Shown: positions 40,904-56,521, counted from the stretch's first letter. The stretch is DNA of 64,000 nt from an uncultured Acidobacteriota bacterium (GCA_963702425.1 CAVPCQ010000037.1:32001-96000); one strand, 5' to 3'. Notes: generated from the sequence alone by a model not told the origin. Numbers and translations: made by a program.

Positions 40904-40931
40904 CCCCGCGGTCGGTGCGGGCGGGGGCGCC

Positions 40932-43385
40932 ATGGGCGAGGGGGAAGAGCAGTTCGTCGCGGTCGCCGTCCCGGCACCGCTCCTGACGCCGCTGACCTAC
41001 CGCGTGCCGCCAGACCTGGCCGGCGCGCTGACGCCCGGAATGCGCGTCCGCGTGCCGCTCGGGCGGCGCTCCGTGGTCGGCGTCGTGCTCGGGGAGTGCG
41101 GGCCGCCCGCGGAGGGGATCGCGATCAAGGAAGTCGCGGCGCTGCTCGACCCGTCCGGGTGCCCGGCGCTCGCTCCCGACGTCCTGGCCACGCTGCGCTG
41201 GACCGCCGACTACTACGTCGCGCCTCCCGGGGAGACGCTGCGCGCCGCGCTCCCGGCAGCGGTCGCGCCGCGCGAACAGGGGATCGCGACGATCACCTCC
41301 GCCGGCCGCGACGCCGCACGCGACCCCGCCGCGCCGGCGTCGCTGCGCTGGCTCGCGTCGCGCCCCGGCGGACGCGCGCGAACGGAGGCGCTGTCCGCGC
41401 GCACTGCGAGCCGGGCCGAGCTGCGGCGCCTGGCCGACGCCGGCTTCGTGGCGCTCGAGCGGGAGAGCGGTCCCGCGCGCGGAGCGGCGCCGGAACGGCG
41501 GCTCGTCGAGCCCGCGCCCGAGACGCGGACCGCGCCGGAGGCGGCGCTGGCCGCGCTCGAGAAGACCCCGGCGCGCCGCCGCGTGCTCGCGGCGGCGCTC
41601 GCCGCGGATGGCCCTCGCCGCCCGTCGGCGCTGGCGCAGGAAGCCGGCAGCGGCCTGGCGGCCGTGCAGGCGCTGGTCGCCGCGGGGCGACTGGTCGAGC
41701 GCTTCGAGGCGGTTCCCGTCCCGCCGGTTCCCGAGGCGGGCTTCCCTGCCTCCCCGCCGCCGGCGCTCACGCCCGAGCAGGCCGCCGCGGTCGCGCACCT
41801 GAAGCAGCGGCTGGATGCCGGCGCGTTCCGGCCGGCCGTGCTCTACGGCGTGACCGCCTCGGGGAAGACCGAGGTCTACCTGCAGGTCGCCGAACACGCG
41901 CTCCGCGCCGGCGGCGCGGTGCTGTTCCTCGTGCCGGAGATCGGCCTGACCCCGCAGCTCGCCGAGGCGGTGGCGCAGCGGCTCGGCGGCGACACGGTGG
42001 TGCTCCACTCCGGTCTGTCCGACCGCCAGCGCTTCGAGGCCTGGCAGCGCGCCCGCTCCGGCGCGGCGCGCGTCGTCGTCGGCGCGCGCTCGGCCCTCTT
42101 CGCACCGCTCGCCGGGCTCTCGCTGATCGTCGTCGACGAGGAGCACGACGCCGGCTACAAGCAGGAGGAGACGCCGCGCTACCACGCCCGCGACCTGGCG
42201 CTGGTGCGCGGCCGCGAGACGGGCGCGGTCGTCGTGCTCGGCTCGGCGACGCCGTCGATGGAGGCCTGGAACCTCGCCCGGGAAGGGCGCGCCGACCTGC
42301 TCCGGCTGCCCGAACGCGCGACCGGCGGCCGCCTGGCCGCGATCGAGCTGGTCGACATGCGGCAGGAGTTCCACGAGACGAAGGCCGACCGCCCGCTCTC
42401 GCGGCGTCTCGTCGCCGGGTTGCAGGAGGCGCTCGCGCGGGGCGAGCAGGCGATGATCCTGCTCAACCGGCGCGGCTACACCCGGGCGGTCCTGTGCCGC
42501 GCCTGCGGCGAGGCGCTCGCCTGTCCGGCCTGCTCGATCGCACTCACGTGGCACCGCGTCGGCGAGAAGCTGCGCTGCCACTACTGCGGGCATGCGCGGG
42601 CCCGGCCCGCGACCTGCCCCCTGTGCAGCTCGCCGCACCTGGCCGACGTCGGCTCCGGCACGCAGCTGGCGGAGGAGGCGCTGGCCGAGGCGCTGCCCGG
42701 GGCGCGGATCGCGCGGCTGGACCGCGACGCGGTGCGCTCCGGAGAGCGGCTCGCCGCGCTGCTCGGCGGCTTCGCGCGCGGCGCCTTCGACGTCATGGTC
42801 GGGACGCAGATGATCGCCAAGGGGCACCACTTCCCGCGGGTCACGCTGGTCGGCGTGCTCTCGGCCGACGCCGCGCTGCGCCTGCCCGACTTCCGCGCCG
42901 CCGAGCGCACCTTCCAGCTGCTGACGCAGGTCGCCGGGCGGGCCGGCCGCGGGGAACGCCCGGGGCGGGTGCTGGTGCAGGCCTTCCGACCCGATCACCC
43001 CGCCCTGTCGTCGCTGGTCCACCAGGACTTCGAGGCCTTCGCCGGCCGCGAGCTGGCCGGCCGCCAGCTGCTGCGTTACCCGCCGGCGGCAGGGCTGGCT
43101 CAGATCATCGTGCGCGACGCCGACCTGCCGCGTGCGGAAGAGCGTGCCGCCGCGATCGCGCGCAGGCTGCGCGAAGCGGGGGAGGGAAAGGTCGCCGTCC
43201 TCGGCCCGACGGCCGCCCCGCTGGCGCGGTTGCGCGGACAATGGCGGATCCAGATCCTGGCCCGGGCCCTCAAACGCGCCCGGCTCGGGGAGGTGCTGCG
43301 GGCCGCGGTGGCCGAGGCCGCCGGGCCCGACGGAGCGCTCCCGGGGTGGCTGGTCGTCGACGTGGACCCCCAGTCGCTGCTGTGA
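40932..43385 (+). CDS. priA: Primosomal protein N'
   Basis: GVTASGKTEVY, VPEIGLTPQ, DEEHD, four CxxC, GTQMIAKG, QVAGRAGR, VDVDP. Confidence 0.96.
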   Translation: MGEGEEQFVAVAVPAPLLTPLTYRVPPDLAGALTPGMRVRVPLGRRSVVGVVLGECGPPAEGIAIKEVAALLDPSGCPALAPDVLATLRWTADYYVAPPGETLRAALPAAVAPREQGIATITSAGRDAARDPAAPASLRWLASRPGGRARTEALSARTASRAELRRLADAGFVALERESGPARGAAPERRLVEPAPETRTAPEAALAALEKTPARRRVLAAALAADGPRRPSALAQEAGSGLAAVQALVAAGRLVERFEAVPVPPVPEAGFPASPPPALTPEQAAAVAHLKQRLDAGAFRPAVLYGVTASGKTEVYLQVAEHALRAGGAVLFLVPEIGLTPQLAEAVAQRLGGDTVVLHSGLSDRQRFEAWQRARSGAARVVVGARSALFAPLAGLSLIVVDEEHDAGYKQEETPRYHARDLALVRGRETGAVVVLGSATPSMEAWNLAREGRADLLRLPERATGGRLAAIELVDMRQEFHETKADRPLSRRLVAGLQEALARGEQAMILLNRRGYTRAVLCRACGEALACPACSIALTWHRVGEKLRCHYCGHARARPATCPLCSSPHLADVGSGTQLAEEALAEALPGARIARLDRDAVRSGERLAALLGGFARGAFDVMVGTQMIAKGHHFPRVTLVGVLSADAALRLPDFRAAERTFQLLTQVAGRAGRGERPGRVLVQAFRPDHPALSSLVHQDFEAFAGRELAGRQLLRYPPAAGLAQIIVRDADLPRAEERAAAIARRLREAGEGKVAVLGPTAAPLARLRGQWRIQILARALKRARLGEVLRAAVAEAAGPDGALPGWLVVDVDPQSLL

Positions 43386-43499
43386 GCTCACCGCCGGGGG
43401 GCGGCGCCCGGCGTGCGCGCCGGGCGGGAGCGGGCTTAACATCGTCTTCTCCTGCGGGCGCGGTGGCGCTTTCCGGGCCGGAAGGCCAGGAGGAACGAG

Positions 43500-44174
43500 A
43501 TGGAAACCGACCGTCGAGCAAGGCTCTTCCCCCGCGTCACGCGCGCCGCACTGGCGGCGGCAGCGGTCGCATTGCTGGCCCTCGCGCTGCTCTCCGCCGC
43601 AGGCTGTGCCTCCGGCTTCAACGACCTGCCGCAGGAGCCGGGGTACAGCCCGCGCCTCACGCGCTTCACCTACCTCGAGGAAGGGAAGCTCGTCGCGCTG
43701 GCCGCCGACACCGAGGCTACGATCCAGCGCGAGAAGCAGAAGTTCATCCCGGTCGGCGTCGGGATCGCCAACCTGGGCCTGTCGACCAGCCTCACGCTCA
43801 ACCGCGAGTCGTTCACGCTGGTCGACGACCAGGGAAAGAAGTACTCGCTGGCCACCGTGCAGGAGGCGCGTTCGCTCGCCGGGCTGCAGACCTACGACCT
43901 CAAGCTCGAAGAGCCCTTCGTCTCCGTCCTCCTCACCCGCTTCACCACGCTCCAGCTCGTGCCGATGGTCTTCTTCCCGGTGCAGAGCACCGAGCCGCAG
44001 TACGCGCGGCGCGGCATCGTGCGCGACCGCGTGGAGCTGCCGCTGCGCAGCTGGGCCTGGGACATCCTCTACTTCCCCCATCCCGAAGGGAAGCTGAAGG
44101 GTCGCAAGTACGAGCTGTGGATGAGCGCGCCCGAACTCAAGGAGCCGGTCTTCGTCCGTTTCGCCGTGAAATGA
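43500..44174 (+). CDS. Hypothetical lipoprotein
   Basis: RBS AGGAGG; hydrophobic leader ending in LSAAG-C lipobox. Confidence 0.75.
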   Translation: METDRRARLFPRVTRAALAAAAVALLALALLSAAGCASGFNDLPQEPGYSPRLTRFTYLEEGKLVALAADTEATIQREKQKFIPVGVGIANLGLSTSLTLNRESFTLVDDQGKKYSLATVQEARSLAGLQTYDLKLEEPFVSVLLTRFTTLQLVPMVFFPVQSTEPQYARRGIVRDRVELPLRSWAWDILYFPHPEGKLKGRKYELWMSAPELKEPVFVRFAVK

Positions 44175-44770
44175 TCCGGCCGGTCCGGTCGCTCCTCCAC
44201 GGCCTGACGGATCCGTCGCAGGCCGTGGAGGCGACCGCGCTCGGTCTCGACGGCGCCGTGATCTCGCTCGCCGGGTCCGGCGAGCCCGACTTGGAGCTCG
44301 ATCTCCCGGCGGCGGCGCGCGTCGCCGCCGCGCTGCCGCCGCTCGCCGCGCGGATCGCACAGCTCGGCCCCGGCGCCGCGCTCCCGGCGCCGTTCGGCGT
44401 CGCCGTCACCCGCGGCGGCGCACCACGGCCCCCCGGCGCCGCGGTCCACCTCGTGCGACTGACCTGGGAGGAGTTCGCGGCGGGCCGGAGGCCGGCCGCG
44501 GACGGACTCTGGCTTCGCCCACGCGCGGGAGCCGGCGCCACGGCAACCGGGTTCGAGTGGTCCAGCGTCTCCGCGGCGGCGGCCCGCGTCCGGCTCGTGC
44601 TCGAGATCCCCGACGGCGCCGACGGCGTGGAAACCGCGGTGCGGCTGGGCCACCCCTACGCGGTGGCCTTCGCCGAAGCCGCCTGGTTCCGGCCCGGCAT
44701 CGTCGATCTCGATCGGCTGGAGTCGGCGCTGGCCGCGGTGGCGCGGCTCAACAAGGCGGCTTTCAGCTAG
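44171..44770 (+). CDS. Degenerate phosphoribosylanthranilate isomerase (TrpF)-like protein
   Basis: ATGA overlap with the upstream gene; LLHGLT, ALPP, GATATGFEWS, PYAVAF, PGIVD echo TrpF motifs. Confidence 0.6.
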   Translation: MIRPVRSLLHGLTDPSQAVEATALGLDGAVISLAGSGEPDLELDLPAAARVAAALPPLAARIAQLGPGAALPAPFGVAVTRGGAPRPPGAAVHLVRLTWEEFAAGRRPAADGLWLRPRAGAGATATGFEWSSVSAAAARVRLVLEIPDGADGVETAVRLGHPYAVAFAEAAWFRPGIVDLDRLESALAAVARLNKAAFS

Positions 44771-46040
44771 GTCCGGCGGTCGCCCGGTCCCCCGCTGCGC
44801 GCCGCTCGCGGACCAGCTTGCGGCCGCACCAGGGACAGCCCCGCCAGCGCGACGAGACGCCCCAGCCGCAGCCGGGGCAGGGGACCTTGAACTCCACGTC
44901 CCAGGAGAGCCGCTCGCGGCAGTGCGGGCAGTGCCGCGCGTAGAGCGGCACGTGGCGCCGGCACGACGGGCAACGACCGCGGCAGTCGGCGCGGTCCTTG
45001 CCTTCCCGCCGGCGCGCGAATTCGGCCCCGCACCAGGCGCAGAAGCTCCAGACCGGGCTCCTTTCCCAGGCGCAGCTCGGACAGCGCCCGGGCAGCTTGT
45101 CCGACCAGATCAGCTTCTTGCGGTCGGCGCACTCGGGGCAGTAGCGCATGTGGGTGATCAGGTCCGAGCCGCAGGTCACGCAGACCCGCCGGATGTCGTA
45201 ATACGCATCGAGCAGCTGGGGCAGGGAACGCCCGCGGCGCGGCGGCCGGACCTCCTGCAGCGCGCGCCGCAGCGCGCCCATCGAGGCGAAGCGATCGCGC
45301 GGCTCGCGCGCGAGCATCTTGAGCAGCGAGGGCCGGAACGGCTCGGGGAGCGCGGCAAGCTGGCGCGCCAGCCGTCGCCGGTCGAGCCGCTGGATCCGGT
45401 AGGCGATGATCGCGGTGCGCGCCGCCCCCCACGGCACGCTGCCGGCGAGCAGCTCGTGCAGCAGCACGCCCAGCGCGAAGACGTCCGTCTGCGGCGTTGC
45501 CCGGCCGCGCATCTGCTCCGGCGCCATGTAGGCCAGCGTTCCGGCCCCGGAGCCCGTCTGCGTCGACAGGCCGAGGTCACGCGCGATCCCGAAGTCGCAC
45601 AGGATCGGCCGGCGCGAGCGGCGCTCGATGATCACGTTCGAGGGGGTCAGGTCGCGGTGCACGATCCCCTCGCCGTGAATCGCCTCGAGCGCCGCGGCGA
45701 GGTCCACCACGATGTCGACCGCGACCGCCGGGGGGAGCTTGCGATGGAACTCGACGAAATCGGCGAGCGTCGGCCCCTCGAGGTAGTCCATCACCAGGTA
45801 GAGCCGCCCGCGCTCGTCCTCGCCGACCTCGTGGACCCGCACGATGCTCGGGTGCGACAGGAAGCGCAGCCCCTTCGCCTCGCGCAGCAGCGACTCGTCG
45901 CCCATCCGGTTCGCGACCTTGACCGCGCGCAGCTCGCGCGTGACGCGGTCGCGGCAGAGCAGCACGCGGGCAAACCCCCCCGCCCCGATGTCGTTGAGGA
46001 TCTTGTAGCGCCTGCCGGAGTCCACGTAGGCGTCGAGCAC
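44763..46040 (-). CDS. Ser/Thr protein kinase with C-terminal zinc ribbons
   Basis: IGAGGFARV, AVK, HRDLTPSN, DFG, GTLAYMAPE; eight CxxC at the C-terminus. Confidence 0.9.
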   Translation of the reverse strand: MLDAYVDSGRRYKILNDIGAGGFARVLLCRDRVTRELRAVKVANRMGDESLLREAKGLRFLSHPSIVRVHEVGEDERGRLYLVMDYLEGPTLADFVEFHRKLPPAVAVDIVVDLAAALEAIHGEGIVHRDLTPSNVIIERRSRRPILCDFGIARDLGLSTQTGSGAGTLAYMAPEQMRGRATPQTDVFALGVLLHELLAGSVPWGAARTAIIAYRIQRLDRRRLARQLAALPEPFRPSLLKMLAREPRDRFASMGALRRALQEVRPPRRGRSLPQLLDAYYDIRRVCVTCGSDLITHMRYCPECADRKKLIWSDKLPGRCPSCAWERSPVWSFCAWCGAEFARRREGKDRADCRGRCPSCRRHVPLYARHCPHCRERLSWDVEFKVPCPGCGWGVSSRWRGCPWCGRKLVRERRAAGDRATAGPS

Positions 46041-46089
46041 GCCGGGTCCTTCCGCGCGGCCTCTCGGCGGCCCGCGCCCGGGAGCGATG

Positions 46090-49000
46090 TTACCGCAGCG
46101 GGGCCCCCGGCCCGGTGGCCAGCGGAAGGAGGATCGTGAAGCGCGCTCCCGCGCCCGGGCGGCTCTCGACCTCGATCCGCCCCGCCTGGGCCTCGACCGC
46201 CTGGCGCGCGATCGGGAGGCCCAGCCCGGATCCCGTGTCGCGCGTCGTGACGTCGGGTTCGAAGAGCTGGGACAGCCGGCCGGGGTCGATTCCGGGCCCG
46301 GTGTCCGCCACGCTGATCGCCAGCGTGCGCGGCGGCCCCTCGCGAACCGCCCACCCGACGGTGACCGTCCCGCCCGCCTCGACCGCGGCCAGGGCGTTGA
46401 GGACGAGATTGGCCAGCGCGCGGCGCAGCAGCCGCGGGTCGGCGAGAGCCGGCGGCAGGGCCGGAGGTCCCGTGGTTTCGAACCGCACTCCGGCCGGCGG
46501 GGCCAGCCGGTACGGGGCGAGCCATTCGGTGAGCAACGGGGCGAGGTCGAGCCGCTCGGGCCGCGCGGCGAACAGGCGTGCGTAGTCCGAGAACTCGCTC
46601 GAGGTCTCGCGCAGCACCCGCACCTGCTCACCGATCGTGGCCAGCGCGCGGTCGAGCACCTCGGGCAGACGCGGGTCGTCCTCGGCCGCGAGCCGGCGCA
46701 CGTGCTCGACGACGAGGCTGATCGGCGTCAGCGGGTTCTTGATCTCGTGCGCGATCCGGCGCGCCATCTCGGCCCAGGCCACGAGCCGCTCGCCGCGCAC
46801 CGTGTCCGACAGGTCCTCGACGACCACCAGCCGGGCCGGCTCGTCGTCGGTCTCGCGCGGCAGGCGGATCGTCGAGACGCGCAGGTGGCGCGTCTCGGCG
46901 TCGCGCGGCAGATCGACCATCAGGGGGGGCGTCGCATCGTCCGGCAGCGGCAGGTCCGGCGCCGCCTCGAGCAGCGCCCGCGCTTCCGGGTTGGCGGCCC
47001 AGATCGAGCCGTCTTCGCGCAGCGCGAGCACCGCCAGCGGCATGCTCGCGATCAGCCGCTCCATCGCCTCGCGCCGGCGCTCGAGACCGTCGCGCTGCGT
47101 GGCCAGGCTCGCCCCCATCGCGCGGAAGGCGCGGGCCAGCGAACGCGTCTCGTCGTAGCCCGTCTCCGGCACCGCCGTGTCGAAGGCGCCGTCGGCGATC
47201 CGTGCGGTGGCGCGCTCGAGGTCGGCCAGTGGCCGGACCAGCTTGCGCGTCGCGGGCGCGACCACCACCGCGGCGAGCAGCACGAGCAGCGCCGAGCTGA
47301 ACAGCAGCGCGCGATCGACGTCGCGCAGCTCGTCGGCCACGCGCTGCCCGGCCCGTCCGAGCGAGACGCTGACGACGCCGGTCGCCGCGCTCGGCGCGAC
47401 GAGCGGGCCGTGCGCGACCGCAGACGAAACGACGCGCCCCCCGGGTGCCCGGCGGGCCGGCTCCTCGACCAGCGACGCTCGCCCTTCGACGATCCGGCGC
47501 CACGTCGCGCCGTCGAGGCGGTCGGGGAGCAGCCCGGCGCGGACGAGGTCGGGGCGGCTCGAGGCGACCAGCGCCCCGTCGCCTTCCCAGGCGCAGACGT
47601 CGTCGTCGAGCGTCCGCGCCAGCCAGGCCGCCAGCGCGTCGTCGAGGCGCATCCCGCGCTCCCCCTCGAGCGCCAGGTAGTCCTGCAGGAAGCCGCGGGC
47701 GTAACCGACCGCGCGCGCCCCCTCGGTCGCGAGCTGCTGCGCCGCCTGGCGCGCCGCGAGCACGCGCAGCGAGACGCCGAGCGCCAGCAGCGGCACGAGG
47801 CCGGCAGCGAGCAGCAGCAGCGCGACCTGCACGCGGAATCGCCCCAGCACCCGCTGCAGTCCCTGCTCCAGCGCGGCGCCGCTCCCGCGCGGATCGGTGA
47901 CGACACGGCGCAGCGCCGCGGCGCCCAGCCCCAGCGCGACGAGCAGCGCGCCCCAGGCGACCGCCATCGCGGCGACCGCGACCGGGCGCGGCGGGAAGAC
48001 GATCACCGAGACGGTGCCGCCTCGATCGGGCAGGTCGAGGATCCGCGCCCGGCGCCCCTGGACCGGCACGGAGCGCCAGGTCGGCTCGTCGGGCGCCGCA
48101 GCGGGAGGGGGCGGGGCCGGCTCGACGTCGGAGTGAACGACGCGACGCGCGGCGTCGTACCACGCCAGCCGCGGCTCGAGGTCGGAGGCAGGCGGGTAGA
48201 GCCCGCCGTGCCGATCCGCGCCGCGGCGCGCGCGCAGCGGGTCGGTGGCCGCGAACCCGGGGAGGTTCCCCGGCGCCTCGAGGACGGCCGCGATCCAGCG
48301 GCCGCCCAGGGGCCGCGCGCGCTGCGCCAGCCGGACCCGGAAGGTCCCGCCGACGAAGGAAAGCGCGACCTGCGCCGGCCGCTCGGCCCCCGCGGCGTCG
48401 CGTCCGAGCGCGTCGAGCTGCGGAGCCGGATCGACCGGCGGGAAGCCGGTCGCGAAGGCGTCGTCGAGGTGTCCGTCCGCGTCGTACTTCCAGACCCCCG
48501 AGGCGAGTCCCTGCCGCCCGAGCGGGCTGTTCCACCAGAGGTCGATCGCGTCGCGTTCCGGCGAGAGCGAGGCCGGCCCCGGGTCGGGGCGCGTCAGGGC
48601 GAGCGTCTCCTCGAGCGCGGTGTCCCAGGCGTGATCGCGCGACGCGATCGCCGGCTCGACGCTGCCGTCGACGGCACGGACCTGGGCGCGCGGGACGGCG
48701 AGCCCGTGCGCGAGCGCCGCCAGCGCGCCCGCGCCGACGGCAGCGAGCGCGACCGTCACCCCGCCGGCGCTTCGCTCCAGCCGCGGCGCTCCCAGGCGGG
48801 CCGCCAGGACGAACGCCGCCCACACCGGGGAGGCCAGCGCCAGCGTGAGGGCGACGCGCACGCCGGTCCCGCCGCGCGGCCCGACGAGTTCCAGCAGCGA
48901 GAGACGCTCGCCGACGGTGACGGCGCCGGCGAGCGCGAGCCCGAGCGCGGCCGCGGCGAGCGCCGCGATCCCCAGCGCGCGCCGCGCGCGCGTCCCCCCC

Positions 49001-50139
49001 GGCAGCGGCGTCAGCGCCGCCACGGCGGCGAGCGCGAGGCCGGTGAGTGCCGCGCCGGCCGGCGTGTCGACCAGCGGGGCGAGCGACGCCGAATGCGCGC
49101 CCCGTCCCTTCCGCGAGCCAGCTCGCGGTCCCGATGCCGCCGACCCGCTCGAGCGCGCCCGGGGCCGCGGCCAGCGCGAGGCGCGCGGCGATCACCGCCA
49201 GCGCCGCGCCGCGCCGCACGGCCAGCGCGAAGAGGGCCAGCACAAGCGCCGCCAGCGCGGCCGCGAGCTGCGCGCGGCGGTCGGCCAGCCGGGCTCGTTC
49301 CAGCGGCGCGGGCAGCACCTCGAGCGAGACGCGCGCGACGACCTGTCCCCCCGAGGCCATCAGCGGCACGAGCGACCAGTAGGGCGCGCTCTCGGCCGCC
49401 GGGCGCGTGGGCGCCACGGGAGCGCGCACCCCCTCGCCCCAGGCCTGCCAGCGCACGCTGGCATCGACACCGGGGCCGAGGTCACCGCCGAGCGCGCCGG
49501 CCGCCGGCTCGGAGGGGAGCGGCACCTCCGCCAGCAGCACGTGCGGTGCGCGCGCGGTGCGGCGCGCGACCACGAGCCGCAACACGAGGCCGCGCCGGAG
49601 CGCGATCACCGCCGGCGGCGTCGCGAGCTGGGCGCGGAGCGCCTCGCGCTCGTCCGGCGCGAGCCGCATGCTCGAACCGGACCAGGCGACGATCGTCGCC
49701 AGGTCCGGGCCGAAGAGGACGAGTCCCGCGTCGGGACCGAGCGCGGAGCGCTCGGCGTCGAGCCAGCCGGCGATCTCGGCGTCGAGGGGGCGGCTCCCTC
49801 CGCAGGGTGGCGTCGACCGCCGAGACCAGCGCCGCCCAGTTGCGCTCGACCCCCTGCACCGCGATGGCGAGGCGCTCGTAGGGAGCGCGACGGGGGGCGA
49901 TCTCCGACTGTCCGGCGAGGCCGGCGACCACGGCGAGCAGCGCGGCGAGGCGCAGCGCTCGGCCGCGTCCCCGGACCGCGGCGAGCGCCGCGGCGGCGAG
50001 CGCGACCGAGGCCAGCCACCAGCGCCCCGACCGCAGCCCCCGGCGCGCGGGAGAGCGCGGCCAGGAGGGCGGTCGACGCCAACGCCAGCGGGAGTCCGTC
50101 GAGGACGGCGAACGGGGCCGCGCGGCGCAGGTCGTTCAT
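46090..50139 (-). CDS. Large multi-TM NtrY-like sensor histidine kinase (HAMP-PAS-like-HisKA-HATPase); about three apparent frameshifts in the 5' part
   Basis: AWAEMARRIAHEIKNPLTP, NLVLNA, DTGPGI, GSGLGL; coding frame switches near 50040, 49790 and 49105. Confidence 0.8.
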
Positions 50140-50206
50140 CGCGAGCGGATGATAGTGCGCGGCGCGTCCAGGGAGCTTCCCGTCCCGCGCCTCCTCCTCC
50201 CAACGC

Positions 50207-50236
50207 GGAACGGCCCGCCGCGAGGCGGGCCGTTCC
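50207..50236. terminator. 13-bp hairpin, probable 3' end of the sRNA
   Basis: GGAACGGCCCGCC-GCGA-GGCGGGCCGTTCC; only a weak U-tract. Confidence 0.55.
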
Positions 50237-50435
50237 GGGAACTCAAGGGGGGGTGGTCAGTCGGTCGGGAAAGGAGTCGTCTCGTCCAGGCGATGGGAAA
50301 TCCCGACAAGGGGCCGAGGGTTGGGTTCCACTTGCTCGGGGCAAAGTGGGCAACGGGCTTGGCACTGCGTCGGGTTCTTAGGGCAACGGGGTCGGTTCCC
50401 CTCGAACCCCCTGTCGGGTCTTTCCGCCTTCGCGC
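50207..50435 (-). ncRNA. Putative sigma-54-dependent structured sRNA (~230 nt)
   Basis: -24/-12 promoter upstream; 19-bp stem with G-U pairs only on the minus strand; no credible ORF; terminal hairpin. Confidence 0.6.
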
Positions 50436-50445
50436 TCTAGACTTA

Positions 50446-50462
50446 TGCAACGGGGATGCCAA
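50446..50462 (-). promoter_or_regulatory. Sigma-54 promoter
   Basis: TTGGCATCCCCGTTGCA, GG-N10-GC. Confidence 0.75.
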
Positions 50463-50568
50463 GACCGTCCGAATGCCGTAAACCACTAGAGAGGCGTGAC
50501 TTGCCGCGAAACGCGGCATCGAGCCCTGCGACCCGGGGGGAGCGACGGGTGATGCATCGAGCCCGGTC

Positions 50569-50585
50569 TGTTGCGTCCTGCAACG
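50569..50585. promoter_or_regulatory. Putative enhancer (UAS) for a sigma-54 activator
   Basis: TGTTGC-GTCCT-GCAACG about 140 nt upstream of the predicted +1; recurs at 55848. Confidence 0.6.
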
Positions 50586-50597
50586 CGCGCGGCCCGG

Positions 50598-55827
<5,230 letters not shown>

Positions 55828-55847
55828 GCGGTCGTTATGCGCCACTC

Positions 55848-55864
55848 TGTTGCAGGGCGCAACA
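55848..55864. promoter_or_regulatory. Second copy of the putative activator site, just upstream of the activator start codon
   Basis: Perfect TGTTGC-AGGGC-GCAACA palindrome. Confidence 0.6.
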
Positions 55865-55939
55865 CTTCCGGGGCGGGTGGGGAGCACGGCCGGAGGCGCT
55901 GGGCCGGGGCCGGAAAGCCCTCGAAACACGGGGCCAGGC

Positions 55940-55966
55940 AAAAAAATAGGCCCTCCGAGGAGGGCC
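55940..55966 (-). terminator. Intrinsic terminator
   Basis: Minus strand GGCCCTC-CTCG-GAGGGCC-TA-TTTTTTT. Confidence 0.85.
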
Positions 55967-55994
55967 GAACTGGTAGAGGAAAAGGAGTCAGTGA
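55940..55994 (-). ncRNA. Putative ~55-nt sigma-54-dependent sRNA with C/U-rich seed
   Basis: Promoter, then TCACTGACTCCTTTTCCTCTACCAGTTC, then terminator; no ORF. Confidence 0.6.
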
Positions 55995-56004
55995 CAGTTA
56001 CATA

Positions 56005-56020
56005 AGCAATCGCCGTGCCA
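56005..56020 (-). promoter_or_regulatory. Sigma-54 promoter
   Basis: TGGCACGGCGATTGCT, full match to TGGCACG-N4-TTGCW. Confidence 0.82.
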
Positions 56021-56157
56021 CGTCGGGCAAAAAGGGAAGTCGAGACGGCCCAAGGGGTTGCCGTTCGGAGTGCTTCGGAATGTGGCGGGGAGGTTCTGCC
56101 AGCGTGACGCGGCGGGTCAGTCTGACGGGGCGGGCCTGACGTTCAACGGCAGCGGGG

Positions 56158-56233
<76 letters not shown>

Positions 56234-56248
56234 GATGGGAAGGGGAGT

Positions 56249-56323
56249 TGGTGGGGCGTGTAGGATTTGAACCTACGACTTCCACCGTGTGAAGATGGCA
56301 CTCTACCGCTGAGTTAACGCCCC
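56249..56323 (-). tRNA. tRNA-Val(CAC)
   Basis: GGGGCGT/ACGCCCC acceptor stem, loop TTCACAC, GTTCAAATC, CCA end. Confidence 0.96.
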
Positions 56324-56466
56324 TGAAACCCGCGGGATTAGAACATGCGGCACCGGGACTGTCCACCAACCGCCGCCGCCGCCGCGCGTCGCGCCGGAGC
56401 GACTCCCGGCGACGCCTCGAGCGGCCGATTCGGGACTGGCGACCATTCCCCGGAAGTTGTAGATTT

Positions 56467-56514
56467 GTCAACATCTAGCGGTGATCGGGGCCGCGGCGCG
56501 CAAGATCTTGTGGT
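56467..56514. promoter_or_regulatory. Tandem NrdR boxes
   Basis: CAACATCTAGCG and CAAGATCTTGTG 32 nt apart upstream of the ribonucleotide reductase. Confidence 0.75.
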
Positions 56515-56521
56515 TCCCCCG

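Noticed and set aside
50149-50519. Small ORFs over the sRNA candidate (110 aa plus, 127 aa minus)
   Set aside because: No RBS, atypical codon usage, and they run through the promoter and hairpin
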